64,000 nucleotides of DNA, taken from Clostridia bacterium (GTDB taxonomy: Bacteria > CBDUZB01 > JAGLHV01). The DNA is taken from assembly GCA_030637025.1 (NCBI GenBank), contig DAOVVV010000003.1:9672-73671 (forward strand), read 5' to 3'. How positions within the stretch are numbered: position 1 is the stretch's first letter; every line of letters starts with the position of its first letter. Shown here piece by piece: positions 39,093 to 49,500 of the stretch. The position numbers were made by a program, and so were the translations under genes. Below the pieces are notes generated by a model, which was not told the DNA's origin, made no database searches, and saw nothing but the letters and a program-made list of their open reading frames with translations.

Positions 39093-39893
39093 TTAAATTA
39101 CTACAATACTTATTCCTGCTTTATTGGCTAAAAAAATAACTTCTTCTCTATCAAAAATTAAAGTTTTATTTTCTTCAATAGCCAGGACAGATACCTTGGC
39201 CTGAATTAAAACCTCTATTGTCTTTTTACCAATCACCGGTACATCAAAACGCATATCCTGATTAGGTTTGGATACTTTTATTACTATTATTTTCCCTCTG
39301 CCTAATTGACTTCCCCGTAAAATACATTCATTTGTCCCTTCTAAAGACTCTACCGCTAACACACATTTATTTTTAACCACTACTGTCTGACCGATATCCA
39401 ACCCTGCAATTTTTTTAGCAATTTCAAACCCGAATTTAATATCCTCTTTTTCTTCCCCTGTAGGTTTCTTTAAGGTAAGAACTCCTTTTTTAGGAAGAAG
39501 GGAAGATAAAAAAAGGCAGGGATCAAGCAATTTAATTCCTTCTCTTTCCAATTCCTGCGCTACTGCTCCCAAGATAGAATCTGTTTTTTTATTCTCTATT
39601 CTACCCAGCAACTTAATTGTCCGAAAATCCAATTTTATTTCAGTAAACAGGCGCGTATGTTTTACCTGTCCGGCCATTACTGCTTCTTTTACGTTTTCCT
39701 GTTTTAAAACTTCAATTAATTTACCCAGTTTACCAACATTAATCCAATAAACCTTATCCGCTATTTTTTCTATTTGTTTGTCCGCTTCTCCTTTTAAGGC
39801 AATAATTACTATTTCTTTTCCCGTTTTTTTAGCTTTCTGCGCAAAAATAAAAGGAAATTTGCCATTACCGGCAATAATCCCTATCTTATTCAT
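39093..39893 (-). CDS. lpxI: UDP-2,3-diacylglucosamine diphosphatase LpxI (DUF1009)
   Basis: 266 aa with the N-terminus IGIIAGNGKFPFIFAQKAK. It sits between lpxA and lpxB and has a 1-nt overlap with lpxA. Confidence 0.85.
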   Translation of the reverse strand: MNKIGIIAGNGKFPFIFAQKAKKTGKEIVIIALKGEADKQIEKIADKVYWINVGKLGKLIEVLKQENVKEAVMAGQVKHTRLFTEIKLDFRTIKLLGRIENKKTDSILGAVAQELEREGIKLLDPCLFLSSLLPKKGVLTLKKPTGEEKEDIKFGFEIAKKIAGLDIGQTVVVKNKCVLAVESLEGTNECILRGSQLGRGKIIVIKVSKPNQDMRFDVPVIGKKTIEVLIQAKVSVLAIEENKTLIFDREEVIFLANKAGISIVVI

Positions 39894-40663
39894 TATTTAC
39901 ATATCCCTCTTTTCGATTGTTTAACAAAATTGATAAAGTATTTTACTTCTTCACTAAAACTTATCCCCTTTTGAAGTTTTTCTAATGCTTGCGTAGTATT
40001 AAGATTAGAATTAAAAAAAATTTTATACACTTTTTTTAACTCCTTTTTTAACGGAGAAGAAAAATTCACTCTCCGTAAACCTATTATATTTAACCCAAAC
40101 AACTTAATAGGACTTCCCGCGGCTTTACAATAAGGAGGAATATCTTTGCTTACACGCGATGCTCCACCCACAATAGCCAATCTGCCTATGCGAACAAACT
40201 GATGAATAGGAGTAACTCCCCCGATAATAACTCTATCTTCTACGGTCACATGCCCGGCCAAAGTGGCAACATTAGCTAAAATTACCCGGTTCCCAACAAG
40301 ACAATCATGAGCAACATGAACATAAGCCATTAAAAAACAATTATCCCCTATCCTTGTTTCACCGGTAGATCCAGTGCCTTTATTAATGGTAACATACTCC
40401 CTAACAATCGTGTTCTTCCCTATTATTACTTTAGTATCTTCTCCTTTATACTTTAAATCCTGGGGAATACTTCCGATAACCGCCCCGGTATAAATAGCAC
40501 AATTCTCTCCTATTTGGGTATCTCCCTCTATAATTACCCTCTGCCCAACAACACACCCTTTACCCAGTTTAACTTTGGGCCCAATTACAGAATAACAACC
40601 TATTTTTACTCCTTCTCCAATAACAGAGCCAGGGTAAACCAAAGCAGTCTCATGAATATCCAC
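39893..40663 (-). CDS. lpxA: acyl-ACP--UDP-N-acetylglucosamine O-acyltransferase
   Basis: 256 aa with left-handed beta-helix hexapeptides and the LpxA C-terminal helical region GLNIIGLRRVNFS...VYKIFF. Confidence 0.92.
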   Translation of the reverse strand: MDIHETALVYPGSVIGEGVKIGCYSVIGPKVKLGKGCVVGQRVIIEGDTQIGENCAIYTGAVIGSIPQDLKYKGEDTKVIIGKNTIVREYVTINKGTGSTGETRIGDNCFLMAYVHVAHDCLVGNRVILANVATLAGHVTVEDRVIIGGVTPIHQFVRIGRLAIVGGASRVSKDIPPYCKAAGSPIKLFGLNIIGLRRVNFSSPLKKELKKVYKIFFNSNLNTTQALEKLQKGISFSEEVKYFINFVKQSKRGICK

Positions 40664-40803
40664 TTTTTGAATCCTTCCTTTTTGTTTTTCTAATCTATTA
40701 TAATCTACTTGTCTCGTTCAGCAAATATCTAAGAATTTTTTTATTAAAGTATTTTTAAAAAAAATTGTTAATAACCCGGAATTTTATATCAATTTATAAA
40801 TAG

Positions 40804-42132
40804 TTATTTATCTACCAGAGAAAACATAAATTCTGCCTGAGCAGCTAACTTATCACCTACATAAGCTAATCCCTTAATAATTCCTCCTCTTGTTCTTGCT
40901 TTTAATATTTCTATTTCCAATCTTAATTGATCTCCCGGAAAAACAGGCCTTCTGAATTTTGCCTCTTTGATTGCCATAAAATACGCAATTTTATCTTTTA
41001 GATCAGGCCTGCTTAAAAATAAAACACACGATGTTTGAGCCATTGCTTCGACAATAAGCACCCCGGGCATAATGGGATGTCCGGGAAAATGCCCGTTAAA
41101 AAAATTTTCATTAATAGTTACATTTTTAAATCCTATTGCTTTTTTTTCTTCCACTATTATAATTTTATCTACAAAAAGAAAAGGATACCTATGCGGAATT
41201 ATTTCCTGAATCTGGGTAATATCAAAAACTTTACCTTCAATAACCTCATTTTTGGGCATCCGGTCATTAGGAAGAGAAGATACTGTTTTGGACCCGGAAG
41301 AAGACAACATATGTTCCTTTATTTTTTTAGCTAAAGCAATATTGGAAGGATGCCCGCATTTAACAGCAATAATATGTGCTTTTAAAAATTTCCCCATCAA
41401 ATATAAATCTCCGATTAAATCCAACACTTTATGACGAACAAATTCGTCTTTAAAGCGTAAATTCTTATTGTGAATGCCTTTCTCCCCGATCACTACCGCA
41501 TTTTCCAGACTCCCTCCTCGTCCCAATCCTTGTTTTTTTAATTCTTCTATTTCATAATCAAAACAAAACGTACGAGAAGAAGCAATTCCCTCCTGAAAAA
41601 TTTCTTCTGTAATTACAGAAGAAAAAAACTGCGTTTTTAACAGCGGATGATTATAATCAATAGTACAACTAATTTTAAAACCGTTATAAGGCAAAGCAAT
41701 TAATTGTGTCCCACCCTGAGAAAATTCTATCGGTTGATTAACAACAAAATAATTTTTAGGAACATTTTGAATTTTTATCCCGCTTTTTTTCAGAACTTCT
41801 AAAAAAGGCAGAGAACTTCCATCTGCTACCGGCAATTCTTTTGAATCAACCTCAACAATTAAATTATCTATTCCTAATCCATAAAAAGACGCCATTAAAT
41901 GTTCTACTGTATGTATTTCCACTCCGTTCTTACCAATAGTAGTACCCCTTTTAATTCCTACTACATTAGCAATACTCGCGTCAATTACCGGTTGCCCGGG
42001 TAAATCAACCCGTATAAATTTTATTCCGGAATCAGGCGGAGCCGGTTTAAAAGTAATTTTTGTTTTTACTCCCGTATGCAGGCCTACCCCGGAATAAGAT
42101 CCTTCTCTTTCTATCGTTTTTTGCTGCTCCAT
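40804..42132 (-). CDS. lpxC: bifunctional UDP-3-O-acyl-GlcNAc deacetylase / 3-hydroxyacyl-ACP dehydratase (LpxC-FabZ fusion)
   Basis: 442 aa. The N-terminal ~280 aa are LpxC (HTVEHLMASFYGLGIDN). The C-terminal ~145 aa are FabZ (FNGHFPGHPIMPGVLIVEAMAQ). Confidence 0.92.
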   Translation of the reverse strand: MEQQKTIEREGSYSGVGLHTGVKTKITFKPAPPDSGIKFIRVDLPGQPVIDASIANVVGIKRGTTIGKNGVEIHTVEHLMASFYGLGIDNLIVEVDSKELPVADGSSLPFLEVLKKSGIKIQNVPKNYFVVNQPIEFSQGGTQLIALPYNGFKISCTIDYNHPLLKTQFFSSVITEEIFQEGIASSRTFCFDYEIEELKKQGLGRGGSLENAVVIGEKGIHNKNLRFKDEFVRHKVLDLIGDLYLMGKFLKAHIIAVKCGHPSNIALAKKIKEHMLSSSGSKTVSSLPNDRMPKNEVIEGKVFDITQIQEIIPHRYPFLFVDKIIIVEEKKAIGFKNVTINENFFNGHFPGHPIMPGVLIVEAMAQTSCVLFLSRPDLKDKIAYFMAIKEAKFRRPVFPGDQLRLEIEILKARTRGGIIKGLAYVGDKLAAQAEFMFSLVDK

Positions 42133-42193
42133 TATTTTTTCTCCTCTTCAAATTTTACTATTCAAAATTATTAAATTTTATATTTATTCTTCT

Positions 42194-43231
42194 TTATTTC
42201 ATTTTCTTTTTTATTTCTTGAATTTCTTTATACATTTCAGGTAATTTTTGCATTAAAGCATTTATTTTTTTTGCCTTTTGATGCGGCCTGGCCGGATAAC
42301 CGGAAACAACTGCCTGGGCCGGAATACTATGCGTTACCCCTGCTTGTGCCCCAACAATAACTTTATCCCCAATACTAATATGCCCCACTACTCCTACCTG
42401 ACCGGCTAAAGTCACATTGTCACCTATCCGGGTACTTCCTGATATACCTACCTGTGCTATAATAAAACAATTTTTTCCGATTTTTACATTGTGAGCAATT
42501 TGAACCAGATTATCTATTTTTGTCCCCCGGCCAATGTGGGTAACCCCGCAAGTAGCACGATCAATAGTAGTATTTGCTCCAATTTCTACTTCATCTTCAA
42601 TCACTACTCTTCCTATTTGAGGAATTTTATAATGCTTCCCCTGAGAAGGTACAAATCCAAATCCATCATTTCCAATCACCGCTCCACAATGAATAATCAC
42701 CTCATTTCCAATTGATACTTCTTCCCGAACAGTCACATTAGCATAAATCAATGACTTAGCCCCTATCTTACTTTTCCTCCCAATATAACAACCCGGATAA
42801 ATAACCGTACCTTCACCAATTTCTACCTCATTCTCAATTACACAATAAGCACCTATTGCAACATTTTCACCTAAAATAACACCCTCCCCCAATAAACAAG
42901 TCTTATGTACCTCTTTGGTAATATAATCTTGTTTAGCGGAAGAGACAATATCCAAAACCTGCGAAAAAGCGAAATAAGGATTTTTTACTCTGATTAGAGT
43001 TTTATCCTTTATTGATTTTAAATCATGGGAAACGATAATTGCCGACGCCCTGCTCGTAGCTAAATCTTCTATGTATTTAGGATTGGAAAGAAAAGAAATA
43101 TCCCCTGCCGAGGCCTCTTTTAATCCGGTTACATTACGGATAATAATTTCTTCCTCCCCTTCTACTAGTCCGTTTATTGCCTGCGCAATCTCTTTTACTT
43201 TTAGGGGGAATCTCAAATTCTCTTTATTCAT
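42194..43231 (-). CDS. lpxD: UDP-3-O-acylglucosamine N-acyltransferase
   Basis: 345 aa with the N-terminal domain motif ISFLSNPKY, followed by long hexapeptide repeats. Confidence 0.92.
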   Translation of the reverse strand: MNKENLRFPLKVKEIAQAINGLVEGEEEIIIRNVTGLKEASAGDISFLSNPKYIEDLATSRASAIIVSHDLKSIKDKTLIRVKNPYFAFSQVLDIVSSAKQDYITKEVHKTCLLGEGVILGENVAIGAYCVIENEVEIGEGTVIYPGCYIGRKSKIGAKSLIYANVTVREEVSIGNEVIIHCGAVIGNDGFGFVPSQGKHYKIPQIGRVVIEDEVEIGANTTIDRATCGVTHIGRGTKIDNLVQIAHNVKIGKNCFIIAQVGISGSTRIGDNVTLAGQVGVVGHISIGDKVIVGAQAGVTHSIPAQAVVSGYPARPHQKAKKINALMQKLPEMYKEIQEIKKKMK

Positions 43232-43905
43232 TATTGTTTTTTTAACCTTTCTAATACCTTGTCTGTAATATCCAGCACTTCTTTACCGTAAAGAACTTCT
43301 CTTTTATCGAAAATCATACTAATTCCCTGCTCCCGGCCTACTTTTTTTACTGCCTCATAAATTATTCCTAATATTACTTCCGTATATTCTCTATCCAGGG
43401 AATTAATTTCTTTTCCTGCTTTTTTAATAAATTCCTTCAATGCTTTTTCCTTTTGTAAAATATGCATTTGCTGTTCATAGATTGTTTTCACGGTTGCAGT
43501 ATCTTGTTCAACTTTAAATTCACTGGTTTTTTCCTGAATCTTATCCCGCTTTAATTTTCCATCCTTTTCATTTTTTTCAATTTGAACTCCTTGCAGAGTA
43601 ATAGTATTTTTTTCAATCTTAAATTCAGTACTTTCTTTTTCCATAGCATTTTCTTTCAGCTTTTTTATTTCTTCTTTTTGCTTTTCTATCTCTTCTTTCT
43701 GTCTTTTTATTTCTTCTTTTTTAAGATTAATCTTTTCCTCTAATTTTTGTTTGGTTTTCTGTTTTTTAGGAAACTCATCAAATACTCTCTTAATATCTAC
43801 ATACCCGATACGCTCATAATCGGAAGATAAAGTTACAGCGTATAAAAAACTACTAATACAAAAGCAAAAAATAGAAAATAGTACTAAAAAAGTCTTTCGA
43901 TTCAT
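43231..43905 (-). CDS. skp: periplasmic chaperone Skp/OmpH family, with Lys/Glu-rich insertion
   Basis: 224 aa with a signal peptide and a coiled-coil-rich body. It occupies the conserved position between bamA and lpxD. It contains KEEIK-type repeats and the duplicated motif [15 protein letters not shown] / [15 protein letters not shown]. Confidence 0.75.
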   Translation of the reverse strand: MNRKTFLVLFSIFCFCISSFLYAVTLSSDYERIGYVDIKRVFDEFPKKQKTKQKLEEKINLKKEEIKRQKEEIEKQKEEIKKLKENAMEKESTEFKIEKNTITLQGVQIEKNEKDGKLKRDKIQEKTSEFKVEQDTATVKTIYEQQMHILQKEKALKEFIKKAGKEINSLDREYTEVILGIIYEAVKKVGREQGISMIFDKREVLYGKEVLDITDKVLERLKKQ

Positions 43906-43962
43906 TTTTTTACTCCTCTATCCTATCTCTTTAAAAACAAATACTAAATCCTATTATCTAAA

Positions 43963-43983
43963 TCCGCCTTAAAGACTGGCGGA
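43963..43983. repeat. 21-nt hairpin TCCGCC-TTAAAGACT-GGCGGA (inverted family partner of 26074..26094)
   Basis: Its reverse complement TCCGCCAGTCTTTAAGGCGGA differs from TCCACCAATCTTTAAGGTGGA at one loop position and one compensated stem pair. On the minus strand it follows the bamA stop codon and precedes TTTAG. Confidence 0.8.
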
Positions 43984-44046
43984 CAGGCTGTCGCTTTGCT
44001 CCAGCAAAACAAATTAGATATTGCAATCAACAACTCATAAATTTAT

Positions 44047-46353
44047 TTAAAAAAGCTGACCAATAGTAAAATACCATTGATGCCGGTTAGCTTCAGGAAC
44101 CGAATCTTTATGATTTAAACCATATCCCCAATCAAGCCGAATAGGAAATACAGGGGTTTTAAACCTGATACCCGCACCGAACCCTGCTTTCATTTGTCCG
44201 TCTCTTGATCCTATTTCCAGAGTCATTTTATCTTTTACTGTCCATGACCCTCCGGCATCAGCAAAAATTGCTCCCTGCAGAATTGTATGCCCTTTTTCCG
44301 TCACAATGGGAAATTTATATTCTACATTAAAAACGGCCATATAATTTCCTCCTTCTGCCGGACCAATCTGCCCACGATAATCATAGCCCCTCACACTTTC
44401 CGCTCCCCCTACATAAAACTTTTCATAAATAGGAACGCTGTCAGAACGGCCAAACTCTTCTACCCGGCCAACTTCAGCGTTAAAAGCCAAAACAAACCGC
44501 CAAATAGTAGGACAAAACCAACTGGTAGACAATATATTCTTAGTAAAATTATTATCTCCCCCTAAGATTCCCCCTGCTACCTCAGTAGAAAAACTATTTT
44601 TTGAGCCCCTGGAGGCATCAAAAACATTATCCCGGCTATCCCTTATAAAATAATGGGTGAAACTGCTGGTTGTATTTATTCCTTCCTGAGTTTGCATATA
44701 TTCAGAATCAGTATCAAAAATTTTTATTTCTTCATAAGCATAGGTAAGGCTGGTACTATATTTATCGGTTAATCGTCTACCTATTCTTAAATCCCCCCCT
44801 TTCCTGCCTTCTTTGTAACGGTCTGTCTTTTCTATGTCCTCTTCTGTTGTATAAATATAATCTTTTATTCTCACCATATCAAAAACATTGCATCCAAAAG
44901 AAGTTCTGGTTCCAAACATCCATCGTTCGGTAAACCCTATTTCATAATTCTGCTTTTTCTCTCCAAACTCCCAGAGAAGAGTTATTTTTTGTCCGCGGCC
45001 AAAAAGATTAGTCTGAGAAACCTGCATTGTCCCCAATACTCCATCCTGTGAACTATAACCTGCTCCTACACTGGCTAAACCTGTTTTTTGTTCGCTAAGC
45101 GATAAAACCAAATCTGCTTTATCTGCAACGTCTGTTTGTTCAACATCTATTTTTACATCACTAAAAAAACCTAAGTTATAGATCTTTTCCTGGGTACGCC
45201 GAATCTTCCCGACATTAAAAGGATCGCCTTCTTTTATTAATAACTCCCGCCTAATTACATATTCCCGGGTTATGGTATTACCTTCGATATAAATTTTATC
45301 TATATATACTTTTCCTCTTTCTATAAGCTTGAAATTAACATTCACCAATTTTTTTTCTCTATCCAGGCCTATTTGTGGATTAATTTCCATCCTGATATAT
45401 CCCTTTTCTGCATAAACACTTTGAATAATCATCATCCTTGTTTTATACTTATTGTCATTAAAGATTTTACCGGGAACAAGATCAAGTTTTTTTTTCAGGA
45501 ATCCTTCTTCAAAAACAGTATTTCCAGTAAACGTAATCTCACCTACTTTGAATTGTACTCCTTCATCAATAGGAATCTCAATATACATTTCTGTCCTTTC
45601 GGAATTATAATTAATCTGCGGTTCTGAAATCTTTATTTCCATATATCCTTTTTGTTTATAAAACGATTCTAATGTTTTCAAGTCCGTATTAAATACCTCT
45701 TCCTTATAAATTTTTTTCTTCTTTGTTTTTATTTTCTTTAAAACTTTCTTAAGGGGAAATCCCTTCACCCCGGATAGAGTGATTTCATTTATAGTAATCC
45801 GATTTCCTTCAGTAACAAAAAAAGTAACTATTACCAACCCTTCCTTTTCCAGGGTTGTCGTAAAAGCTTCCACCTTTACATCTGCATATCCTTTACCCTT
45901 ATATAATAAAGTTATTTTTTCAGTATCTTCTTCCATCTTTTTTTGGTCAAAAGCTTCTTTTTCTTTAAGACTTATTTCTCCTTTTAGTTTTTTATTGGAA
46001 AACTTTTTATTCCCTTTAAAATCTACTCGTTTAATTAGTGTCTTTTCTGCCACTTTAAAAACAACCTTTATTCCTTTCTCAAACGGTTCTACATCAAGAA
46101 CCACTTCATCAAAAAATCCAAGATTATAAATATTTCTTATATCCTGGTTAAGACTGTCCTCCTCAAATTCATCGCCTTTTTTAACTTCAATTACGGCAAT
46201 AATTTCCTTGCTGGCAATAGTTTTGTTTCCCAAAATCTCTATTTTTCTTATAACCTGGGCAAAAGCAGATTCCACTCCTGCTATAAAATATAAACAAATT
46301 AATACCAGGCACATATTTATAACTTTTTTTAAATTATACTTAAACATCTTCAT
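44047..46353 (-). CDS. bamA: outer membrane protein assembly factor BamA
   Basis: 768 aa with a signal peptide, repeated POTRA-like modules and a C-terminal barrel ending in WYFTIGQLF. Confidence 0.93.
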   Translation of the reverse strand: MKMFKYNLKKVINMCLVLICLYFIAGVESAFAQVIRKIEILGNKTIASKEIIAVIEVKKGDEFEEDSLNQDIRNIYNLGFFDEVVLDVEPFEKGIKVVFKVAEKTLIKRVDFKGNKKFSNKKLKGEISLKEKEAFDQKKMEEDTEKITLLYKGKGYADVKVEAFTTTLEKEGLVIVTFFVTEGNRITINEITLSGVKGFPLKKVLKKIKTKKKKIYKEEVFNTDLKTLESFYKQKGYMEIKISEPQINYNSERTEMYIEIPIDEGVQFKVGEITFTGNTVFEEGFLKKKLDLVPGKIFNDNKYKTRMMIIQSVYAEKGYIRMEINPQIGLDREKKLVNVNFKLIERGKVYIDKIYIEGNTITREYVIRRELLIKEGDPFNVGKIRRTQEKIYNLGFFSDVKIDVEQTDVADKADLVLSLSEQKTGLASVGAGYSSQDGVLGTMQVSQTNLFGRGQKITLLWEFGEKKQNYEIGFTERWMFGTRTSFGCNVFDMVRIKDYIYTTEEDIEKTDRYKEGRKGGDLRIGRRLTDKYSTSLTYAYEEIKIFDTDSEYMQTQEGINTTSSFTHYFIRDSRDNVFDASRGSKNSFSTEVAGGILGGDNNFTKNILSTSWFCPTIWRFVLAFNAEVGRVEEFGRSDSVPIYEKFYVGGAESVRGYDYRGQIGPAEGGNYMAVFNVEYKFPIVTEKGHTILQGAIFADAGGSWTVKDKMTLEIGSRDGQMKAGFGAGIRFKTPVFPIRLDWGYGLNHKDSVPEANRHQWYFTIGQLF

Positions 46354-46541
46354 TCCTCATCTCCTTTTTTTACAACAAATATTTTATCCCTTACTTTTAG
46401 ACAGTTTTGATTCCTTAAAACTTAGAGGTATTTCCCGGCAATGCAATATATTAATATACTTCCTTATGTGAGAATCTAATGGTTTAATAACAAAATAACT
46501 AAAAAAAAATTATATCAAAATACTTCAAAAAAGTAAAGAAA

Positions 46542-49500
46542 TTATTCCTCTTTTTCTTCCTGCCATCCAAAACGCCATTGATGTTCCAGAAAAACCTTTC
46601 TTTCTTCTTCACTCAGCCCTAAAACACTTTTGATATATAAGCTTCTTTTTAATCGATACGACATTTCTATTTCCTGTTGAAGATCCAACTTGTTTTCAAA
46701 TTTGTTGTACAGTCCCATAGAATATCCCAGGAAAAACCGGTCGCTCAAATACTTCCCTACAGTAATAGTAGTTCCGTTCCAAATACTGGGCTGGCTATCA
46801 GAAATCAAAGGAGTTTCCTGTGCTACTTTTTCTTCTTTTCTGGTCACTTTAATTACATCTACCCAACCCGTTCGTTTTAGGACGTTTTTTATAAAAGGAC
46901 TGGCCAGGGTTGCATCGAGAATCCTGAGCACTTCTTTTCTTAAAAATACTTCGCGATCTTCCGGGGCCATATTATCAACATCTACCCCGGTAATAGCTAA
47001 TTTCATTGCTTCTTCCGAATTAGTATTAGGAAAATTCTTAGAAGAAAATACCGGTTTGACCTCTCCTAATTTTCCTTTTTCAAAAACCATCGTAATAATA
47101 TCATCTGTCCATTGGCCCTTGCCATTTAGCTGTGATTCAAATCTCTGAACATGTGTTTCGGCTTTCCCCTCTAAATACTCAACTCCGTCTTTAAACTCCA
47201 GAATAGCTTCTTTAATATCAAAGTTTGTTCCTACATAATTTATATCCCCTTTTATCGCTTCCACTTTCCCTGAAACCTTAATTTTTTTTGTTTTGTCTTT
47301 AAGTTTTATCGAGCCTCTCACATTTACATTAGCAAACTTGTTTTCGTACCAAACATTTTCCACCGCATTTATCTGAAAATTCCAAATTGCCCGGTTTAAA
47401 AAACCCCATTGCGTACTTTTTTGATACCCCTGGTCTTCCCATATTTTCTTTGTAGGAAGCGGTGGATAAGTAAAATGCGTATTAAATAAGTCCGCAATTC
47501 CGTCTATGTGGTAATCCTGTGAATTTCCATAAAAACGGGCACTAATCTTAGCTTCCCCTGAAGAAGGTAAATTGGGAAACAAACGGTCAAAAAATCTATT
47601 CTGAGGTATTGGTATGTCTTCTAAAGAAAGGGGAATACCTCTTTCCTTGGAAGTTTCCAGATATAAATCAAATTTTTCTATTTTAAAAAATTCTTTTAAA
47701 TAGATGCGCCCCCATATATTTATATTTCCCTTGCCTATTTCGCCATAAACCTTCTTTATTTGTATTTGTTCATCTATCAAATTAATATCTACTTTAAATT
47801 TTTTAATCTTTCGCATTACATCCTTACTAACTATTTCCGCATTGTCAATAAGAAGATACCCTTTTACTTCCGGTTTTAATAATGTCCCTCCTACTTTAAT
47901 ATTTCCCTCTATCTCCCCTTTAATTTTTTTTATTTTATCAGAAAAAGAACTTAAAACAGATAAACCTTCTTTGCTTTGAAGAACAAGACTAATATTTATT
48001 TTTTTCATTTTATTTTTTTCTTGCCGCTTAGGACCAAAAACAAAAGGAATTTCTCCCGAGCCGGTAAGCAAACGCTCATTCTTTCTGGTAATATTCAATT
48101 CATCGATAATTATCATCTCTTCTTTCACAAATAATGAGCTTTTAAAGTTATCAAATTTAAATCCGGATAAACTGCCCTCTTCAATATCTAAATTACAGGA
48201 AAAAACAGGAGCATTAAAATTTCCTGTAAGATTTAAATTGAACCTGCTTTTTCCGGTAAAGTTAAAAGCTCTTATATTTAATATCTCCATAATAGTTCCA
48301 GCCTCTACACCTTCGTTCAATCCGCAAATCAAGAGATTTGTTTTATCTTTCTCTAAATCTAACCGTCCATCCAGAATAAATATTTCTTCTTCTTTTTTAT
48401 AAATTTTTACATCATTAAAGATAATCACTGATTTATTGCTAAAATCAATCCGTCCCTTCACATATTTATCTTTCTCATTAATAGGGATAAAGTCCAGGCA
48501 ATTTTCCTGAAAAGATATTTTTAAATTTTCTTTTTCAAAATTATGGTTATTTACCCATAAATTATCCGTAATTAACTCGGCTTTCACCTGTAAAACGGGG
48601 TTAAACTTTAAACTTCCCTTTCCACAAAAACCGCCAAAAAAAGAAATATTAGACAAATTAATATTTTTTAAAACCGGCATTACCTGAAAACGCCATAAAT
48701 CAGACTGAGAAAAATCCAGATAACTTCCGGGAGAAAAAACAATTTCTCCTTCTTTTTTTTGCACAGAAAATTGCGAAAAAGTTATTTTTTTATCGGCTAA
48801 AACAAATTTTGTATCTAATTTTTTTATTTGAAATGATTCAATACTTACATCTTCCCCCTGAATATCTCCGGATAAAACAGGCACGGATAAACTCCCTTTT
48901 AATTTTAATACTCCGTCTGCTATCCCTGTTAACTTAATCTTTTCTTCAGCTTTCAGGAAATATTTTAAAAATTTTAAATCTATTTTACTCAAATTAAAAA
49001 TTAAATTAGTTTCCTTAGACTCTCCGCTTTTATCTTTCAGAAAAACATTCCCCAAAATACGTACTTTTCCTTCTCTTCCAATTTTCAATAAAGTAGTTTT
49101 TAACTTCAACTCTCCCTGGTGATACAAGAAATTAGATAAAAAACTAAAACCTATACTGCGAAATTGTCCTCTAAAAATATGTAAGTAAGCTTTAATTTCC
49201 GGACTAGAAAGCAATCCTGAAATAAAAAATTTTGCTTTAATTTGACCTTTCGGTATAGATAATTTAGAAAATTTATCCGGCAATAAAGCAAAAAGAGAAG
49301 ATATCTCATTAATATTGACAGAGACGTCTCCCTTAACCTGCGGATTTTCCGAAAAATCAAATTTTAATTTACCCTTATATTCTTTGTTTAAATTAAACGC
49401 AGTACAATTGATTGTCTTTTGTTTATAAACAATATTACAGCTGGAAGTCTTAAATTTTTTATCATTCAGTTTTAAATCAGAAGACTGTATATTCCCTTTC

